Below, piece after piece: positions 26,778-40,984 of a stretch of 64,000 nucleotides of DNA. The DNA is taken from contig CM059439.1 of the NCBI GenBank assembly GCA_030390025.1, forward strand, positions 68,572,001 to 68,636,000, in the 5' to 3' direction. Below the pieces are notes generated by a model. That model worked only from the letters and a program-made list of their open reading frames with translations, was not told the DNA's origin and made no database searches. Within the stretch, counting starts at the first letter, position 1. Every line of letters begins with the position of its first letter. Source of the DNA: Squalus acanthias (taxonomy: Eukaryota). The translations under genes were made by a program, and so were the position numbers.

Positions 26778-29700
26778 AACAAAGTGTGAAAGTGTAGCAG
26801 TATTTTAAGCTGGGGCAAATTCAGATAATTATTTAATAATTGAAAGATTGAGTGTTAGACTGCAGGAAAGGGAGGAGTTCTTGAACATTTCTAAGTGCAG
26901 AAGAAGTAAAAATGCACTGCTTTACTGATTTATGCAAAATCAAATACAGATTTTCTTTCAAATTTAAACTTTAACACACACTGCTAAAACAGACAATTAA
27001 AATCACTTCTGATTTATACACTTGGGCTAAACAGTTGAGTACAAGTTGTTGCCTAGAATGGAAGTAGTGTATTGATAATTCAGCAATCAGGTATGTATGT
27101 ACACAACAGAAGCCATTTCATTTAAAGTTCTATTCAGGTGAAAAAGATAAATTATAACTCTGAGGGACAAAGAACAAACTTATGTTTCTACATCACAATG
27201 GGAGGCTGAGATTTTCTTTCAGGGTCAGTGAGATTTCCCTGCATTGTTCCAACCAAATCAGGATGACAAGGCAAATGCCTTGTGATAGTAAAATTGTTGC
27301 ATGCTATATATAACCTTGTACAATGAAGAGTGGATGAGAATTAGCAGGTGGGATTGTCTGAGTTTACAAGCACTTGAGGAGGGAACAGTGGTCATTATTC
27401 TCTGCAATTCCTTACATTTCAAACCCTCCTCAACCCTTCCTGTTCCAGTTTAATAAATCTACAAGCTGGATACTCTGAATTATTTAAACACTCCATTTAC
27501 ATTTTATCTGTGTTTTACCATTATCTGTGTTTTCCTGTTATCTATGTTTTACCCATGTCTATAAATGAAATATGCAGTAAATTAAAGCCAAATGATCAAA
27601 GGTACTGCCTTAAAAATTACAGAAATCGTAGTCCTCTGAAATCATCATGTAGCATCTTTCTAAATCACTTCATGCAACTGTTTAAAAGTGTCACAGCGTA
27701 AGATACTTTAGTGCTTACATAGTGTAAACCTGAAAATGCTTGAAATCAGTTCATTAGGCAATAATTATCAGGAATGACGATGCAAACTGTGGTTAATAAA
27801 GGGAGAAAAAGAATCTCCTATGGAGATAATGCTGCATTTTATTTAATCAGCAATCTGTTAGTACCAATGAGTATTCAATCCATGTCTTCCCGAAATAAGT
27901 TGAATTGTTTTTGTTTTCCCTCGACACCATTAATGATGGCTCACTTGAACCTCAGTGATATTTTAGTAACGAAACAGTTTTTACAAGACATGAAATCGGC
28001 TTTCTTGAGACCTCACATAGGAGTTCTGGCCTACGATAAAATACAATTGTTAACGTTTTGATATGGATTTAAGTGTTATCAATTTTCTATGTGCTCTTGA
28101 TGTAAAGTGTTTTTTTGTATTGAACAAATGTGCACAAATGCTGTAAATGTTTCGTGAAATATTGCTGTGTTTTTAGAATGTGATTGTGTAATAGGACTGG
28201 TGTAATGTAAATGGCAACCAACACTGGGATATACGGGGGGAAGAAGCACATCCTGTTGGTACTCCTGTTTCATTAATGGTACTTTAATGGGTACAAACAG
28301 GGTAAATGAATATTAGGATAGATGACAACATCTACACAAACCAGATGATTCCAGTAACTTGTGCTACACTAATGTTTAATACTTTTAAATCTGTAGATAA
28401 CATTTGGTTACTTGATGATTACTTTAAATAAGGCACCGTCTTGCACTCTTTGTTACTGGGGACATGTGGTGTACTTTTGCTCCCATGTTCCTCTGTCCTA
28501 TTTTTTTCCCTCTTAACTGGATGTTGTTAAAGGACTTCATTAGTTAGTTCATCAGAGATACATATATTATATAAATATTTCTAATTTTTTTAGACATTTA
28601 AAATACCTAATACATCGCTGCAGCAAAGGCTGGAACACGTGCCTTAATGAAAATGATGGTACTGAATTTTATTTTGGGAACTGGAACAACTTGAGCAGAA
28701 ACTAAGAGTGTAATGTGTATGAAAGGATGGCATGTGCACTGATGTATCAAGGTGCAATATTGCTGTCACATTACACAGGCTGTATATCAAAACAGAAAAT
28801 CAGCAGGATAATCCTATTTGATATACCTCAGACTTCCCAAAAACTCAAATTGATCTGAGTTTTTGTTTAAATGCTCTCTTGTCAAATTAACTTACTCTTA
28901 TTGTTGTCTTTGGTTTGTATATTGAAAATAATTTAAAATGCCGCCTCTTTCAGCGCCCAGAAGGCATGTTATCTTTTTTTAGAATAATTCTGTGCAATAT
29001 GAATTCTATTTACAAATTGTTTGTATTCCAGATGTTGCTTTCAAGTTAGATTGTTGCACCAAGTTTTTTTAATAAATTTTAATCTAGGGTACAGAGAAGC
29101 ACCTAAAGTGCATATAAGTTGCGTTAACCATTAAAACTTGCTCCATGTCGACTGCAAAGTTAAGTAACAAGGTCAAGAGGTCATTGTGAATAAAGATCAC
29201 TGTGGAATTAGTTTTCTCGTTTTATCATTGTTTTTCTTTTTCCATCTAAGTCTTCAATGTCTTATTTGATCAGTAGTCCACCATATTCTTGCAACCGCTC
29301 TGATTTACAAAGTTCCATAGTTTGTATCACTTCCATAATTTAGAGTCCACTTTTTCTATATGCAATATGTTGGTAAACTGATAGAACAGCCTATGTCTTA
29401 AGCATTTGTTCCATTTACGTGTTCATTTTTAAAAGTGAATGTTTCTCATTGCTATGATTGTCCAACTCTTAAAAATATACATGTGCAGTTCATCCTGTAA
29501 ATTACTTGCATGTCTAATTTATGCAAATGTTTATCTAATTGTTCATTTAAGCATCTAGTTAACACAATTGTCCATGAATCACCAGAGACCAAGCAGTTCA
29601 ACTGTTAACTAATACTTTTAAGTTGTCTTAAACTGTCCAATCGTTGTAAATATCAACCAGCTTGTTGCTTAGGTTCTGTTCTATAGTAATGCCATTTAAC

Positions 29701-30295
29701 TGTATATCCCAACTGAGTTTGGCTTTTTCTTAAACAAAAAACAAACAAGTTGTATACTTTAAGAGTCTAATGGAAAATCCAGTAATTTGGCTTTTAAAGC
29801 ACCAAGTCATTGTTGCGAACTAATCATCTGTAGAACTGCTGTTTGTGCCAATTTTATTTTCAGCATTCCTTAGGGAAGCTTATTTGTAGAAGTCATCAAT
29901 TTTTATCCGATTGACACAATAAAAGTGATATCCCACAGCATCTTATCTTATCAGTGGAATTACTTCCCTTTGTGATTCAAAAATGTACTGCAAGAAAATT
30001 GGATTTTTAGCTGTGTAGCTGAATGTGCATATACAAATCGACCAGGTTTTGATGTACCAACTGCCAGATTAAGCTGTTGCAGGGTATATTAAGTTCTTAA
30101 TAAAACTTTTTAGGACAGTTGTAATGAGCACTCCAATTCAGAATATATCTATTTAAAATGAAACCCAGTGACCGTTTCAACCACAACGGGTATGTACGGG
30201 TAACACCGGTTGGGATACTCGATGTCTTTGGTTAATCTTCTTTTGATGGTTGTCCAAGCTGCTGTATAATATGGGAAATTGTACAAAATTGGCTG

Positions 30296-30352
30296 AATAA
30301 AGTTATTCTTCAGACTTTGCAGAGCTGTGCTTTGCCTTTGCCAAACAATAAA
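30296..30352 (+). terminator. DENND1B: Probable DENND1B polyadenylation signals (AATAAA x2), implying a ~3.6 kb 3'UTR
   Basis: AATAAA at 30296-30301 and 30347-30352, followed by a GT/T-rich tract; upstream DNA is AT-rich and repeat-poor. Confidence 0.5.
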
Positions 30353-32749
30353 GTTTCAATTTTATGTTGAGATGTTTTGTTTAACCTGTTTCTTTTAAAT
30401 ATATGCAAAGAATAGTAATAATCTCCACATACATTTGTCTTCCTCTTTCTCCTATTGGCTACAGACTAGTACATAGCTGCAGTTCTGATGATTTGTCCAA
30501 GTATTTCTTGTTTTCCCCCATACCTCAGAATAAACACAAATTCAAACAAAGCTGTGCAGCAAACATATTTATGATAGTGAGAAGAGTAAGTGTTGGCTTT
30601 ACAATTATTTTTTTTTTTTTGCACACGACACTTCAGGGAACTAAAGAAATCCAACTTCTATTTCTGTTCCTGTACTCACTGTAGCTAAAAGCTATTACGA
30701 CTACTGTTTTGAGACTTTTATCTATTGGTCCAGAATGGATTTTGGTTTAATTTATGTAATGAAGTTTGTATGAAGTTAGATTCAGTTCATAAAGGGTTAA
30801 CTCCAGGAGAGACAAGCTATCTGGAATATTGTTTAGGACAAATTAGTTAGAATACCAGCCTTTTCAAAATTGTGTATTCTCATATACTATATCAATTTGA
30901 GACAATGGGGATTGTCTAATACTTTCCAAACATATTTGCACTTGAATGCAAGAATGGTTTCCATTGATTGTGCTCAGGAGGGCGTGTTGTTAAACAGACA
31001 ATCTAGTTGCCATGGCTTCCACAACAAGGGGGTGGTTTCTCATTTAAGATGTAACTTTGATTGGCAGTTTGCCGATCCAATCCTTGATGTGAAGAGTTAA
31101 AGGAGGTCAGAGATCAAGGTTTTGTCTTCCTCCCTGGGAAAAGGCCGCCTGCAGTGTGAGTGCCAGTCATTTGAAAGATTGCTGACTTGAGTTATGCCCA
31201 TAATAGGCAAATGGCAAAATGCATTATTTTGCATGATATGATTGATAGGAAATTGTCTCGCTGTGAAAACTATTCAGTTTATTTGTATATTACACGTTAA
31301 TGAAACCAGGTTGTTCGTCTGCCTTCCAAAAGATGGAAGAAATGCACACGATGGCAGATGCACGATCACAGTATCCCGTGCACAAATGAGGAGTCTGTAT
31401 TCTGGCCCTGGATATCTCACTTTTTTAAAAAAATTAGATATTGGGTAGCAAATGTACTCTTGAAATCACAGGAAATTAGGTCTCTTATGGAAGTAACTGG
31501 TGCAACTGAACCTGAGTGAATATCTTGAGACCTGATATTTGTAATAGAGATATTGGCACTAAATGAAATTGGCCCAATCTATGACAGAGTGGGTTGAGGG
31601 CACTGGAGAAACAGGGCCAAGATGTCATCCTTTGCAAGATCACAACTAGAACAGCATCACATAATGTGCTGACACTAGCCAGGCTTCAGTCTGGCTGTAA
31701 GGTCTACAAAACAGCAAGGTTTTCTTTTAATCCAAAAAGTCAAACAATTAGTAGTAGTGAAGATTCTCAACATTTTGTAAATGGGGTTGCTGAAGCATGC
31801 ATTAAGCCAGGAAAGATTACTGAGCACGTTGAGGCTAGGGAAATCTGTGACTTGCCCATTGACATTCCACACTGTCTGAACATTAAAAATTGAACTGCTA
31901 CAAGAGGACATTTGTGCACATCTGCAGCAGAATTAAAATTTCACCCAGTGTAAACTGAGTACTGCTTGGCAGCTTTCAGTCTCATTGGGCAGCTGAAGTG
32001 TAATTTATATGCACTAATGGTAGATGACCTATGGAATATTTGATCATATCACCCTGGTTATTCTTGTAACCTTTATTATGCCTGTTCCCAAGTGAATACC
32101 TATCCAGCTTCTTTTAAAGGAGTAAATTGACACAGCATCAAATACGTTTGCTGCATTTCTGTTCCATGTGGACAAAATTCAAATCTTGATCTTTTCAATT
32201 TTGAGCCAATGTATTCTACTCCTGTGCTCACGTTGCCAGTCAAAATGCTTATTTACAAATATGCACTTTATGCTAATCATTTATACAAATCACCCATGAT
32301 CTAATTGAATGGCAGGACAAGCTCAAGGGGCTGAATGGCCGACCCCTGTCCCTATGTTTAAGCTTTCAACTGTGTCCCTGCTCTCTCTCTGCAGTACTAC
32401 TTCAGCTGAGCATCTCTCCTCGTAACATAGTCTTGGATTCATCCTTAAATTTATGTCTCCCTGCTTCTTTGCTTTCAGAGTCCTGCTAGAAAATCAGGTT
32501 AGTTAGTGCTCAGTTTAACTGAAGTGTCCTAGATTGGTATGGGAGTTTTCCAAAACAATCCAATGTGTCACGATAGTAGGAAATAGAAATTTCCACATTC
32601 CATTGCAAACCCTCACAGCAGTTGGTCTGGTTTCTTCTAATTTGCAGTACCATAATGCTCATCTCCAGTTTTAATTGTCACACAGACTATTGGTGAGTTT
32701 GACCCTTAATTTGGAACCACTGGTAGTTTTGCCTAAAGTGATAAATTAA

Positions 32750-32870
32750 CAGCACAGAAACAGGCCATTCGGCCCAGCCAGTCCATGTCGACGTTTATGC
32801 TCCACTCGAGCCTCCTCCAACTATCAGCATAACCTTCTATTCCCTTTGTCCTCAGACGCTTATATAGCTT
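32750..32870 (-). mobile_element. CR1 3' tail fragment (second subfamily)
   Basis: acagcacagaaacaggccattcggccc..tttatgctccactcgagcctcctcc is the reverse complement of the tails at 37900-37990 and 62820-62910. Confidence 0.7.
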
Positions 32871-34659
32871 CCTGGTGAGTGTTTATTTTATCCTAAAGTG
32901 GGTTTGGAGACTCCGCTCCATATCTTGGATTGGAAAAGATAACTCATCCATGTACTACCTGAACCATTTTATCCAGGACAAGTTGGAATGGAAGCCATTT
33001 CCTCACCCAGCAGCTATGGATCTGCACTGACATTGCCCATAGTTCTTCGAATGACAAATGATGTGTTCTGAATAAGTGAGCATGGAGTGCTTTGAGTAAA
33101 GATGTAATAAAACAAACTCGAAAAACAACCACACTAATTAGATGGTGCACAATAAGCGATGGAATTTAATTGAATTTAGCTACCACTGGAATTTTGCTTT
33201 TGTTTAAACAGGGACCTGTAGTTATCCTTTAACTCCTTTGTCCCAACTCCCAAGTCTTTCATATGAAGGAGAAATAACACAGCCATTGGTAAGAGATACT
33301 GTTTATGTTACCAAAAATGCTTAGCATAATGAAAATACCAGTCATAGACACTGAATAAAATAGTTGTACAATTTAATGTTTTTTGTGAAAAGTAAGCTGT
33401 GATTTAGGCACTTAACCACTTATAGCATTAAGCTGTTAAAGTGTGAGCCAGTTAGTTCAAACAGTTCCTCTTGGAGTTACTCATTATAAACACGAAAGAT
33501 ACTTGCAAGTAAATCAATGAGCAATGCAAGAACATTCACTGGAGAAACATAGTTTATTTTGCTCCACAATATATACATTCATATTAATTGGTCTAAACAC
33601 CAAATATCTACATTTAAAAAGGTTATATATATATTTCTAAAATGAAGTACAAAGTTGAAACAACATTCTAAAATATAATGTACAGAAGTTTTTCGGCACA
33701 ATTGTTAGACACATTTGCAAAAAAAGTCGAGAATTGGCACTCTACAGAACTGAAAATCTGAGTAGCCTTTTGGTGTCAATTGATCACATTGTACATAAAG
33801 GTTTTCAATCCACTTTCATAAATCATTAAGATATTTACAGACCCACAATTACAATAGCACAAAATAGTTAAAAACAGAATTTTTAGATGTTATTAACCCT
33901 TCAAGCACTGAAGGATGTTAAAATGCTAAAACATTTGATTTATTTTAATCTGAGAATTATGTAAAATAAGATGTTTCAGTTGTACTGTATATTTCTCACT
34001 ATATTATAATCATTTAATAGAACATGCCAAACCAGGACAGAAAAGTGCATTTTGAAAGCCCAATTTTTCAGTTCTTAGAGTTTATGCAAATTTTAGTTTT
34101 GACTGTTATAAGATGCAACCTTTTTATTTCAGAAGAGGAAGTGAGATTCCCATTGACACACGTGATTAAAATGATCAGTTTTCTGTTTAATGTTTGTGAT
34201 GCTCTATCTATTTTGTATAGTATGGTAACAAATTATTTGTTCATAGAAATTCTTTTAGGTAATATTCTGAATTGCTAGCAAGGTACAAAAACCTATTGTA
34301 CAAGGGAGATAGGGATTGGAATGATGCATGCTTGAAGGAAAATGTTGGGGAAAATATCTGATCCCAAATTTTTCAGATTTGTATATTTCTGAATCCCCTC
34401 CCCCAACCAGGCTAGATTAAGAATTTGTGTTAGATTCTCAATTTTTATAAAACTGAAAATAAATCCTCTTTGGACTTATAATTCTGTTGGTCCCAATGCA
34501 AACTGTCATTGGTAGGAACAACAGAGTTGATGTCACTTTAATATTTCAATTTAAAGCATCAAGAGTTAGGACTTTAATTTATACTGTCAGTGAAGCTAGC
34601 TTTTTCTGATTTACATATTTGGGCTACTAATAAGGAATGTTTTCTAACAAACAAAAGGA

Positions 34660-34870
34660 GTTCAAAGGCAGCAGGCACATGGGAACACCACCACCTCCAA
34701 GTTACACACCATCCTGAATTAGAAGTATATCGTCGCTGGGTCAAAATCCTGGGAGTACCTTCACCACACGGACTGCAGCGGTTCAAGGCGGCAGCTCACC
34801 ACCACCTTCTCGAGCAATTAGGGATGGGCAATAAATGCTGGCCTTGCCAGCGACACCCACATCCCATAAA
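34660..34870 (+). mobile_element. Non-LTR retrotransposon 3' end, same family as 15975-16325
   Basis: GVPSPHGLQRFKAAAHHHLL peptide and gggcaataaatgctggccttgccagcgac tail. Confidence 0.7.
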
Positions 34871-37539
34871 CAACGGAAGATTTCTATCTGAAGACTAGGG
34901 GGGGAAAAATGAAATGACTAAAGGTACCTAATTTAATATTTCAGTGGATCTATCTTCAAGATTATGTCCTATAGCTAGTGCTATTCAACCATATAACCCC
35001 AGGGCAGAGACTGCCATACAACCCCTACAATACTACAGAAAAAACTCTTGTGTGTTACCTTGTGGCTGCAAAAAGATGAAAACCCAAGTAAGAAGCTGGC
35101 TGTCATGAACAGATAAATCTTGTTTCTCTTCATATTCCCCTTTTCTCTACTAGAGTGAAAACACTCATGGCAGATTTGTAAGTATAATAGAAATTATCAC
35201 CCTGCTAATTCTGACCACGACTTCACAAAATGTCAGTTAAATTCACGCTAGAAATGTTTTCCAAATAATTAATATTTTCTCATTTCATGTTTTCATACTC
35301 CTTCAACCCATCCGCCACTGAACTATTCTCTCAGATGACTTGCCCTAAGATTGATGTTTGTGAATGAAGAGTGAAATTTTATCCCTGCATCATAGGATCA
35401 GAGTAAGGAGCCTGGCGCCTAAAATCACAATGGTTTTGAACATTTTTCAATCTGACTGATTCATGAATGGTTTAAAATATAATGTTTATCAAGTTCACCC
35501 ATTTTGGGGGAAAATAGTGGATTTTGATTTCAATTGCATACATTGCATAACTAGTTAAAATATAGTGACAAACTATGCCCAGATGCATGAAGAAATGACA
35601 CCAATATTACTATCAAAGTACAGTCAGTAGAGCAGTTTTGATGGAACAGCATGTAAAAATACAAAGACATGTCAGTCTGGTGAACAACAGCCACAAGAAA
35701 TGACTTGTTTTACAGTATTGCAGCTTTAGTAAATTGTTGCCAAAGATTGAAAAGAGTTGCCCACTGTTCTCATTTTCTATACAGATTGTATAACCACAGG
35801 CTAATGAAATCCTAACTTGACTGAAATATTTCTGAACAATGTGACTAATTGACAATGAACAGCACAGCTACCAAACTTAAAACAATCACAATCTTCCAGT
35901 AAGGCGCCATATAACTACAAAACCCAGCAAAAAGTCAACATATATATTTTACCTTTAAACTATGGCAGTGGAATCCTAGTGTTTGAACACTTAGTCTGCT
36001 CATCTGAAATTCCTGTTATTTTAGCATAGGTATAATTTTTTTAAATAGATTTATATCTCCCCTAAAATAGACAACCATTCGGACACTAGTATCCCGCAGT
36101 TTCATTTCAGGGCCTACGTTTTCAATCCAATGCACTCAGAAAATCAGTGTGGAAATAAATGCCTTTCTATTCATGATCACCTAACAAATATAAAACCAAC
36201 AGTCTGCAATCAGTTATCCAAAATCAAGGTGATTTAACAGTATACTCATTTATTCCTGCCCCACCTTGGGAACTGCTTCTGTTCATTGTTCACACTAAAT
36301 TGACCAGATTTAGTCACAGGCAACTGTTGACCTCTGTAATACTGACAAGTAATGTGCTACAAGTAGGAATCATACACTTAATACATGCAGCTATTTTTCT
36401 TTTTCACTTAATACATTGAAAACACTTAGCTCACAACAGAAGACAAAAAGCTTTTAGTGACATTCCAATGAGTTGGGTACATTTATTAAAATACTGTTAA
36501 CACTTACAACCAGAATCCAAACAGGTTTGCCATTTCCTAGGTTTCTAACACACTTAGAAAGTTTTAGACGTGAGAACACTGCCCCAACACTAGGATATAG
36601 AATTCAACAATTTGGATGTATTTTAACGTAATTTTAAGTTCTTATTTGTTCTTGCTTGTAAATAAAGGAATTGGTTAATTTAACTAAACATTTTAACTTT
36701 CATTTTAAACAAAGCACAAGAGAGTTGTTTGTTAAAGAACCATCTCTCCACAGATGCTGCCTGACCTGCTGAGTGTTTCCAGCATTTTCTGTTTTTATTC
36801 CACTATCTTTAGAAAACATTTACCAAATACCTTTTTATTCGCAGAGGCCAAGTAGTCAAAAAGTTGTATATCATTTTGATCAGAATGTCACCCACAAGTG
36901 ATGTGATGATGCACTTCAACATGATTTACATAATTTCATCATCCTTTGATTAATAAAGGTTTGCCAAGCATTTTGTCAAGAACATGGTCCTCTCCAAAAA
37001 TGTGGTAATTCTTTGAATTCATTCACAAGATTATAACCTTTTAACTTAGCCTATTTATATCTGAAGAACAAAGTCTTGTGACAAAATAGATGGCATCATT
37101 GATTTTATGGTTGTTGTGAGTACTGTCATTCAGGATCAAGACTTGCTCACTGTCTAGTTTCATTTTCTTTGCGGCCCATGTTACATTTAGTTTGCAGTAC
37201 ACTAAATCCTCTTGAATTCATGTCAAACAAATATGTAGGTGCGTCCACTGCATACTTCTAAAATTTCAACTTTATGATTTTTTTTTCTTTTGTGTTCATT
37301 AAAAGCTAGTACTGTAAATGGAAGACTTTTTCACTTTTATCTCCCAATGTCAACATCAAACACCCCCAGCTCACGTACAGAAAGGCTAGATGCTGAGTAA
37401 AACTTCCTCTGCTCTGGCCCAAACTCAGTAGAGTGCTCTCACTTCACCCCCTCCTCTGATGCTTCCAGGTGGACAATTCCAGTTCTCACACCAGCCATGC
37501 TTGTGGTCCCTTTGAGTGAGATTGTCAATTTAGCCAAAA

Positions 37540-37990
37540 GAACAGAGGATATCCTATCAGGAAAGACTGAACAGGCTGGGGCTCTTTTCTCTGGAAAAAA
37601 GTCTGAGAGGTGACCAAATAGGGGTCTTTAAAATTATGAAGGGGGTTCAATAGGGTAGACGTAGAGAAGATGTTTCCACTTGTGGGGTTGTTCAAAACTA
37701 GGGGTCATAAATATAAAATAGTAACAGCAAATCCAATAGGGAATTCCGGAGAAACTTCTTCATTCAGAGAGTGGGTTAGAATGTGGAACTTGATACCACA
37801 TGGAGTGGTTGAGGCGAATAGCATAGATGCATTTAAGGGAAAGCTAGATAAGTACATGAGGGAGAAAGGAAGAGAAGGATATGTCAATAGGGTGAGATCA
37901 AGGAGAGTGAGAGGAGGCTCGTGTGGAGCATAACCTCTGGCACAGACATTTTGGGCTGAATGGCCTGTTCTTGTGCTGTAAAATTCTATG
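37540..37990 (+). mobile_element. CR1 LINE 3' fragment
   Basis: MFPLVG..TRGHKYKI..RMWNLIP..FKGKLDKYM peptide and CR1 tail. Confidence 0.85.
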
Positions 37991-38949
37991 TCATTTGCAC
38001 AAGTTGGGAATCTGATATTTGCTATACATCATTAGTTAGTTTTGCCTTGTTATTTGTTTTAATAGCTGTGTTATACCATCAGCACTGTTGCCTTCTCACT
38101 CTGAGGCAAAGGCAGTCAAACTTACACAGACACGCACCTTTGGAATTAATCCTGACTATAAATGACTATTATACACTCTAAATATATACACTCTAAAATT
38201 GATCCCACGTTCCAGGTTCATTTGTTCTTGGCATTTACTATCTCCAATAACTGCTGCTGCAGAAAATATCTCAGTGTGGGCAGTCGATCTTTAACCCTTT
38301 GAGAACTACAATAACATTTCAGCACAAGAGTAGAAAATAACATTTAAAAAAATCTAAATCAGAAAATATTAGCAATTAATAAACATTCTTCAGTTGATTT
38401 TTCCAATTCTGCTGTATAATGCTAACATTAGTCGAGTACTGAAAATATTTATTTTGTTTGTGTTATGATGAACATATATTTAATTTGAAATGTATATTCA
38501 GTACAGAAAGAGGTAAAGTGGTGAGAGGAGATTTTGAAAATACATGTTTAAAATGCATAATCTGGCAAAAATTATCCTCATGCCATTCATTAGACAGCAA
38601 TTTCCTTTTTGCCCCATTATCAGTTGTACTTTTCTTCAGACCTATCCCAATATAGGTTAAAATTGGTGTCAGTAAAAATTCAGAGTTAAAAAGAATGACT
38701 AACAGTAAACACTAGGAATCTGAAATAAGAACAGAAAATGCTGGAAATAAACAGCATCTGAAAAGAGAAAAACTGGATTAACATTCCAGGTAGAAACCTT
38801 TCCCTTCACACAGGCTTTAGTCCTATAATATTAACCGAGCTTTGATTTCTTCAAAGAATTAGTTTGAAACTGGTGAAATAGTTTGCGTAACTATAACAGT
38901 TTATTTCATCAGATTCAAAAAATACCTTCTCTGGGCATAGTCACTTTGT

Positions 38950-39170
38950 AAATAAAAACAGAAAACGCTGGAAAAACTCAGCAGGCCAGGCAGCATCCGT
39001 GGAGAGAGAAACAGAGTTAACATTTCAGGTCGAAGACCTTTCGACGAAAGGTCTTCGACCTGAAACGTTAACTCTGTTTCTCTCTCTACGGATGCTGCCT
39101 GGCCTGCTGAGTTTTTCCAGCGTTTTCTGTTGTTATTTCGGATTTCCAGCATCCGCAGTATTTTGCTATC
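38950..39170. mobile_element. Inverted (palindromic) pair of Penelope-like pLTR fragments
   Basis: Two 94-bp arms (38950-39043 and 39045-39138) around a 1-nt centre, with about 3 mismatches. Confidence 0.8.
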
Positions 39171-39247
39171 GTATTAGTTACTTTGTAATATTGTTAGTAA
39201 AAATATTTAAGCAAGAAGTTTTCCCCATCTCTTTTAAGAGACTAGAG

Positions 39248-39362
39248 CCCTGGTTTTAACCTAAGATGCCCGGCAGGAAAAGGACAGGTTCGTGTCGGAC
39301 CCCTTTTTTACACCCCGCCCGACTTTATGCTCCTGCCGGGCGGCTTAGGTTAAAATTGTGGC
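39248..39362. mobile_element. Mini-MITE / hairpin
   Basis: ttttaacctaag..gcccggcagga / tcctgccgggc..cttaggttaaaa inverted arms. Confidence 0.55.
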
Positions 39363-39720
39363 TTGGGATTAAACTCGGTCCGAGCTTCACCTCTGTCTTC
39401 ATTAGAAAAGGAAGGGTTTGACTTGTTTTGGTGAGCAGAGTCTCCCACAGAAGGAAAGGGTTAAGGTGGCCGCTCTAGGTCCTGGTGGTGACCAGAACTG
39501 CCACTAGCCATGTGTCAGAAACTTTGTGACATAACTGGGTCATTAGGAAAGACAGTCATACATAAAGAGACTGATACTTTCTCCATTTTGTCCAGCTGAA
39601 ATATATTGGTTACGTTGTACTGCTTTGTTGAGATAATGAGCAAGAAATGGTACTTGTAGTTTGTTTAGATTCAGCAGTTTACAAAACTGAAGGTTAGAAT
39701 TGCGCAGAAGTAAACACAGT

Positions 39721-39988
39721 GGGGCAGAGTTTCCGCTTTGGGGGCAATCCGGGTGCAAATTGTGCCCAAAATTGTGCTAGTTTTGAGACGTGTTTTTTTT
39801 CCAAGTTTCTGCTCAAACTCATTTGCCGATCGGCAAACTTAAAATCTGCCAGCTTCTAGCGCAATGTTTTTTAAACTGGTGCAAAAGATCACGGCAACTT
39901 GATTTGCGCTGGACATAAGTTGCGCTTGAAATTCCGCGATCTTTTGCGCTGAAAAAAAAAAATCGCAACATGGCGCAAACTCCAGGCC
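39721..39988. mobile_element. Short MITE-like element
   Basis: Imperfect TIR ggggcagagtttccgc / gcgcaaactccaggcc; CpG-rich. Confidence 0.45.
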
Positions 39989-40105
39989 ACTATCACTGAA
40001 GGAAGGATAAGAGTTATTAGCGCTATTCCTATGTTTATAAACGTTTGGTTCTATTGCCATATTTCACAGGGAGGAGTTCAAAGCTCCATTGCCTACGATC
40101 TTGTT

Positions 40106-40111
40106 TTTATT
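40106..40111 (-). terminator. Candidate proximal polyadenylation signal of CRB1 / CRB3-like transcripts
   Basis: AATAAA on -, about 415 nt downstream of the CRB1 stop, followed by AAACAAGATC. Confidence 0.4.
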
Positions 40112-40525
40112 TAAAAGTGCTCCCTAAATGAAGAGGAGGAGTTGTTACATGGACATTTTACCTTTTCTGAAACCTCCAAGCTAGGGCCATCCATCTCTGT
40201 ATATTTGAATGGTTTATCTTCTTCCTGTATTTGTGCGTGTTCTATATTCAGAACGTGAATTACATACTTGCATTGTAAACCATATTCTGTTGACAGTTTT
40301 GTGGAAAGGGAGAATTAAAATGGAGCAATTTTTTTTAATGGTATTTCGGACTGTTCAGGCAACAACTTGGCAAATCAATTGATTTAAGCTACACTTTTAA
40401 AAACTTTCAATCCTAGCTAAAGCATTCCTGGTGGCACGCTGAATTGGATGGCATCCTCTGCCTGTACATACAGCAATGATAGACCACCATACCGTAGAAA
40501 CGATTTGCCAAGCTTCAGGGTTCAT

Positions 40526-40741
40526 TCAGATAAGTCTCTCCACCTGCGGTGGGTGCACCATGTTCCACATCTCCACCCGCGATCCCTCCTTCTCCTGCCG
40601 GCTTGGGCTGTACGCCCCGTGCGTTGCTCTTTTATTCAGGGTCACAACGGAGGCAGTGAGGACTAGAAAGAAAATTAGCAACAACGCCACGGTGACCAAC
40701 CCAATATAGAGCAGAATCTCTGAGGTCCAGGCTTCCACATC
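40526..40741 (-). CDS. CRB1: CRB1 canonical terminal exon: TM helix + 37-aa tail ([71 protein letters not shown])
   Basis: Acceptor cttgtcggcag, phase 0, 216 nt to TGA. [25 protein letters not shown]..ERLI is the CRB1-type tail. Confidence 0.95.
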   Translation of the reverse strand, partial: DVEAWTSEILLYIGLVTVALLLIFFLVLTASVVTLNKRATHGAYSPSRQEKEGSRVEMWNMVHPPQVERLI

Positions 40742-40984
40742 CTGCCGACAAGAGTCAAAACGGTTAAACAGTTTAAAGATAACCCACACAGGGTTAGCTT
40801 TGAAGCTGCCGTGGTTTAAAGAAAACACACGTGCACACGCACACACTTTGAGTTGCACAGCTTCGTGACGTTTCTCTTCCTCCTAACTTGTTGAGTAACA
40901 CGGGGAATACCTGGGATCTGTTGACTTCTTCTACTCCTTCCACCATAACACCCCAAGTCTTGTGCGTCCCAGAGCCTGAACATA

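Noticed and set aside
40742-40858. N-terminal part of ORF 40526..40858
   Set aside because: Intronic sequence upstream of the acceptor at 40742-40743; open frame by chance, non-ATG start.
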